NCBI GenBank assembly: GCA_963815215.1
Contig: CAWFFU010000010.1
Location: 256,001-320,000, forward strand
Reading direction: 5' to 3'
DNA: 64,000 nucleotides
Source: an uncultured Trueperaceae bacterium
GTDB lineage: Bacteria > Deinococcota > Deinococci > Deinococcales > Trueperaceae
Positions 60,963 through 64,000 of this stretch are shown piece by piece. Position numbers and translations under genes: made by a program. The first letter of the stretch is position 1. Each line of letters begins with the position of its first letter. The notes beneath the pieces are model-generated. The model saw nothing but the letters and a program-made list of their open reading frames with translations. It ran no database searches and was not told where the DNA came from.

Positions 60963-61502
60963 TCAGGCCGCGGAGCTGCTGGTCAGGTGTGCCGTGACGT
61001 TGGCGCCCATCTGGTGGAACACCGCGCGCAGCTGCATGCCGTTCATGGTGAAGGTGTAGACCGCCAGGTCGGTGCTGTTGGACGCGTCCTGGGTGCTCTT
61101 GAAGCCGAGCGCGTCGAGGCTCTTCACGTAGTCGGCGACGACGTTGCCGAGCGTGGCGGAGCCGTGCGTGACGGTGAACCCGGTGGTCTGGCCGCCGTTG
61201 CTGGTGGTGCTCACGTCGGCGAGGTTGGCCAGCGTCGGGTAGACGGTGGCGCCGTCCGCGTTGGTGGTCGAGCCGGGGAGCGCCAGCGTGATGCTGGGCA
61301 GGCTGCTCACCGGCGCGCCGCTGGCGAGGTTCACCTGGAGCTGGTCACCCTTCATGGCGAAGCCGATGTAGCCGGTGGTCAGCGTCAAGTCGGTGAAGTT
61401 GAAGCCGCTGGTGTTGAACACGAAGGTAGCGGGGGCTGCCGAGGCGAAGGCGACGGAGAGAAGGGCGATGAGCCCGAGGGGCATGAGAAGGGCACGTTTC
61501 AT
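60963..61502 (-). CDS. Secreted hypothetical protein (179 aa)
   Basis: AGGAG RBS, signal peptide MKRALLMPLGLIALLSVAFASA and strong codon bias. Confidence 0.8.
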   Translation of the reverse strand: MKRALLMPLGLIALLSVAFASAAPATFVFNTSGFNFTDLTLTTGYIGFAMKGDQLQVNLASGAPVSSLPSITLALPGSTTNADGATVYPTLANLADVSTTSNGGQTTGFTVTHGSATLGNVVADYVKSLDALGFKSTQDASNSTDLAVYTFTMNGMQLRAVFHQMGANVTAHLTSSSAA

Positions 61503-61633
61503 GACGACTCCTTGGTGCGCGCCGTGAAGGCACGCGGTGCGAGGGTTCCTGCTGGGACGTCGGCCGGGAGGCCGGGTCCGGGCCCTCCGCCCGGAACCAC
61601 ATGCAGTGTGCGACCGAGCTGTGAAGGAGCGAT

Positions 61634-61744
61634 TGCATCGGCGTGCAAAGGCCGTGCAATTGCGGTGAGGTCGGCGTGAGGTGCCGCTGAGATGTGCCCG
61701 AGGGCGTGCAGGAAGCGTGCAGGGAAGATGCCGTGGGGGGTGCA
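61634..61744 (-). promoter_or_regulatory. ~11-bp phased direct-repeat array upstream of the secreted-protein gene
   Basis: TGCA/TGAG-type cores at + positions 61634, 61644, 61655, 61666, 61677, 61688, 61699 and 61707, 61718, 61729, 61741. Confidence 0.55.
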
Positions 61745-61777
61745 GCGATGGCGTTGCTCTGGCGCGCGGCGGCGAGC

Positions 61778-62944
61778 TCAGCGGCCGCCGGGCCCGTCCG
61801 CCCCGGGCGGCGGTTCGCGCGGCGGCTCGCTCGCGGGTCCGCCGGTCGCCCCGCCCGTCGCTTCGCCAGGGGCCTCGTCCGACGCGTCGGACGGAGCGTC
61901 GGTCCCGCCGCGCGGGCGCGAGCGCGAACGCAGCAGCACCGTGCCCCCCAGGGCGGGCCCGATGGCGTAGCGGCTGTAGTAGGTGAGCAGGCGCCAGGCC
62001 AGGATGGCCGCGCCCACCTGCCCGGTCGTGCCCTCGGCGGCGAAGAGCGAGGCTGCGGCGATCTCCAGCAGCCCGGCGCCGCCCGGCGTGGGGAACAGGA
62101 AGGAGATCACCATCGGGAGCTGCACCGCCGCCAGCGTCGGCAGCAGCGGCGGGTTCCCTCCCAACCCAGCCACCATCACGTAGAAGGCCAGGAAGGTCGC
62201 CAGGTAGAGCCCTGCCGTGAGGAGGTGGAGCACCGCCTGCAGGCCGATGCCGCGCCGCGACAGGCGGCCGGTGGCGGCCGCCACGCGGTCGAGGAAGTCG
62301 AGCGCGCCGGCGCGCCAGCGCCGGAGCCAGGCGATGCGCATGACGGGGCCGACGATGGCCTTCACCCAGAGCAAGCGGTAGGCGAGGAGGTAGTTCAGTG
62401 TCAGGAACGCCATCCCCAGCAGTACCGCCAGCAGCACCGGGGACGTCCCGCCCAGCAGGTCGGTGGAGTGCCCCAGCACCACCAGGCCGATCGGCACCGA
62501 CCAGGTCAGGAAGAACAGGTCGACCACCCACACGTAGACGTTCACCGACCAGGCGCGGGCCGCCGGCAGCCCGTCCCGGACCAGCGACAGCACCACCGCC
62601 GGCGCCTGACCGCTGCCGCCCGGCGTGATGGCGGCGCTCAGAAGGCCCAGTGCGTAGGCGCGCAGCGCCCGCGCGAACCCCACCGGCTGCCCCGTCAGAC
62701 GGGTGAGCAGCGTCAGCCGCAAGGCGCCGAGGAGGTAGTTCAGGGCGGTCAGCCCGGCCCCGGCCAGCCACGCCCAGACGGGAACCTGCGCGACCGAGGT
62801 GACGCTCTCGCCGAGCCACCAGAACGTCGCCAGGACGCCCAGAACGCCCAGGATCACCGAGAGGGCGACGGCTCGTGCGATGGTGGGACCCCTTCCTGCG
62901 GCGGGGACGGCGCCCGGCGCGAGCGGCGTGGCGCCGGCCGGCAG
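61778..62944 (-). CDS. YbhN/lysylphosphatidylglycerol synthase TM-domain (flippase-like) protein, start uncertain
   Basis: ITPGGSGQAP, PTPGGAG and ILAWRLLTYY. The start is a CTG at 62944 or a GTG at 62857. Confidence 0.82.
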   Translation of the reverse strand: MPAGATPLAPGAVPAAGRGPTIARAVALSVILGVLGVLATFWWLGESVTSVAQVPVWAWLAGAGLTALNYLLGALRLTLLTRLTGQPVGFARALRAYALGLLSAAITPGGSGQAPAVVLSLVRDGLPAARAWSVNVYVWVVDLFFLTWSVPIGLVVLGHSTDLLGGTSPVLLAVLLGMAFLTLNYLLAYRLLWVKAIVGPVMRIAWLRRWRAGALDFLDRVAAATGRLSRRGIGLQAVLHLLTAGLYLATFLAFYVMVAGLGGNPPLLPTLAAVQLPMVISFLFPTPGGAGLLEIAAASLFAAEGTTGQVGAAILAWRLLTYYSRYAIGPALGGTVLLRSRSRPRGGTDAPSDASDEAPGEATGGATGGPASEPPREPPPGADGPGGR

Positions 62945-63011
62945 GGCGTTCCCCGAGCTGCGCTGCGCCGGTCACTCTACCAAGCGGGGGTCGGTTGCGC
63001 CGTCGCCGACG

Positions 63012-64000
63012 TCAGCTCTGCACGCAGTTCTTGCCACTGCGCTTGGCGCGGTAGAGCATGGCGTCGGCGCGGGCCAGCAGGGTGGAGCCGTCCTCCTGCG
63101 GTCGCAGGCTCGCCACTCCCAGGCTGACGGTGAGCCGGATGCTGTGGTGCAAGCCGTCCCAGCTCTCCGACTCGACGACCTCGCGCAGCTTCTCCGCCAC
63201 CTCGACCGCGCCCGCGATGCCGGTGTCGGGCATCACCACCACGAACTCCTCGCCGCCGAAGCGCGCGCACAGATCGACGTCGCGGACCTGCGAGCACATG
63301 AGGTGCGCCAGATGCTTGAGCACCTCGTCGCCGACGGTGTGCGAGAAGCGGTCGTTGACCTCCTTGAAATCGTCGATGTCGAGCATCAGTAGCGACAGCG
63401 GGACGCCGCTGCGGCGGCTGCGCGCCAGTTCCGTCTCCAGGCGGGCGTCGAGGGCGCGCCGGTTGTGCAGGCCGGTGAGCCCATCGAGGTTGCTGAGCCG
63501 CTCCAGCTCGGCCGCCTGCCGTTCGAGCTGGCGATGGAGCTCGCGCAGCTCGCGGTAGGCGCGCGCCAGCTCGACGTTGGTCAGGCGGTCGATCTCGCGG
63601 TCCTTGCGCAGCCGCTCGACGTCGTACTGCAGTACCAGCACCTCGGTGCGCACGTCCGAGACCTCACGCATGACCTGCTCGCGGTGCCGGTGGTAGGCCT
63701 CGTAGTGGTCGAGCGCGGCCTCGGCGTCGCCGGTCTCGCGCAGGGCGCGCGCCAGGCCGTGATGGGCGCGGTAGACGTCGACCGAAGAGCCGAGCTCCAC
63801 GGCCGTGTCCAGCGCGGAGCGCAGCGCGCGCAGGGCCCGATCGGGCCTGTCGCGGGCCAGCTCCGCCTCGCCGGCGCCGATCAGCGCCTGGCAGCGCGAG
63901 CGCTTCTGGACGCCCGGCCCGACGAGCTCGTCGAGGCAGCGTTGGAAGGCGCCCAGGGCGGCCTCGGCTTGACCCTGCTCGAGGTACATGTGGCCCAGGC
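63012..64000 (-). CDS. TPR-containing diguanylate cyclase (5' end beyond window)
   Basis: DGLTGLHNRR, DIDDFKEVND, RxxD I-site (RDVD) and RFGGEEF. TPR-like helices upstream. Confidence 0.93.
   Translation of the reverse strand, partial: LGHMYLEQGQAEAALGAFQRCLDELVGPGVQKRSRCQALIGAGEAELARDRPDRALRALRSALDTAVELGSSVDVYRAHHGLARALRETGDAEAALDHYEAYHRHREQVMREVSDVRTEVLVLQYDVERLRKDREIDRLTNVELARAYRELRELHRQLERQAAELERLSNLDGLTGLHNRRALDARLETELARSRRSGVPLSLLMLDIDDFKEVNDRFSHTVGDEVLKHLAHLMCSQVRDVDLCARFGGEEFVVVMPDTGIAGAVEVAEKLREVVESESWDGLHHSIRLTVSLGVASLRPQEDGSTLLARADAMLYRAKRSGKNCVQS

Overview
64 kb of very GC-rich, gene-dense chromosome with about 57 CDS. It most likely comes from a Deinococcota (Truepera-like) bacterium. 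That is an inference from a GlnRS-YqeY fusion, a short EF-Ts, a Zn-finger-less DnaJ, HAIR-like operators at dnaK and many apparently leaderless genes. Gene content in order: galactoside uptake/Leloir operon (ABC transporter, GH42 beta-galactosidase, galT, galK); divergent lexA-like and crp-like genes; nfuA; a single-domain response regulator; ade-guaD plus a DUF62-family gene; mobA, lhgO, yciI; dnaK-grpE-dnaJ; prsA-like, pdxH, yyaL-like; an MFS/TetR unit; addBA-like helicase-nuclease; csp, dodecin, nagA, glnS; rpsB-tsf-pyrH-frr-cdsA; ctaA-ctaB-surf1; tal; a complete ccdA-ccmABCDEFGH operon ending in a CcmI/TPR-cytochrome c fusion and a lone Rieske protein; and a TPR-GGDEF cyclase. I recognised no rRNA, tRNA, CRISPR array or mobile element. 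Main leads: (1) a candidate sRNA at about 23.8 kb with an exposed anti-Shine-Dalgarno loop, preceded by an 11-bp-period direct repeat; (2) a DUF62 enzyme lacking the hydrolase triad residues but with a fluorinase-like Ser, next to purine deaminases; (3) a candidate LexA box, TTACC-N6-GGTAA; (4) two leaderless uORFs whose stops overlap the next start codon; (5) a ~110-bp helically phased repeat array upstream of an unknown secreted protein; (6) pervasive 11-15-nt microduplications. All calls were made by eye and no database searches were run.
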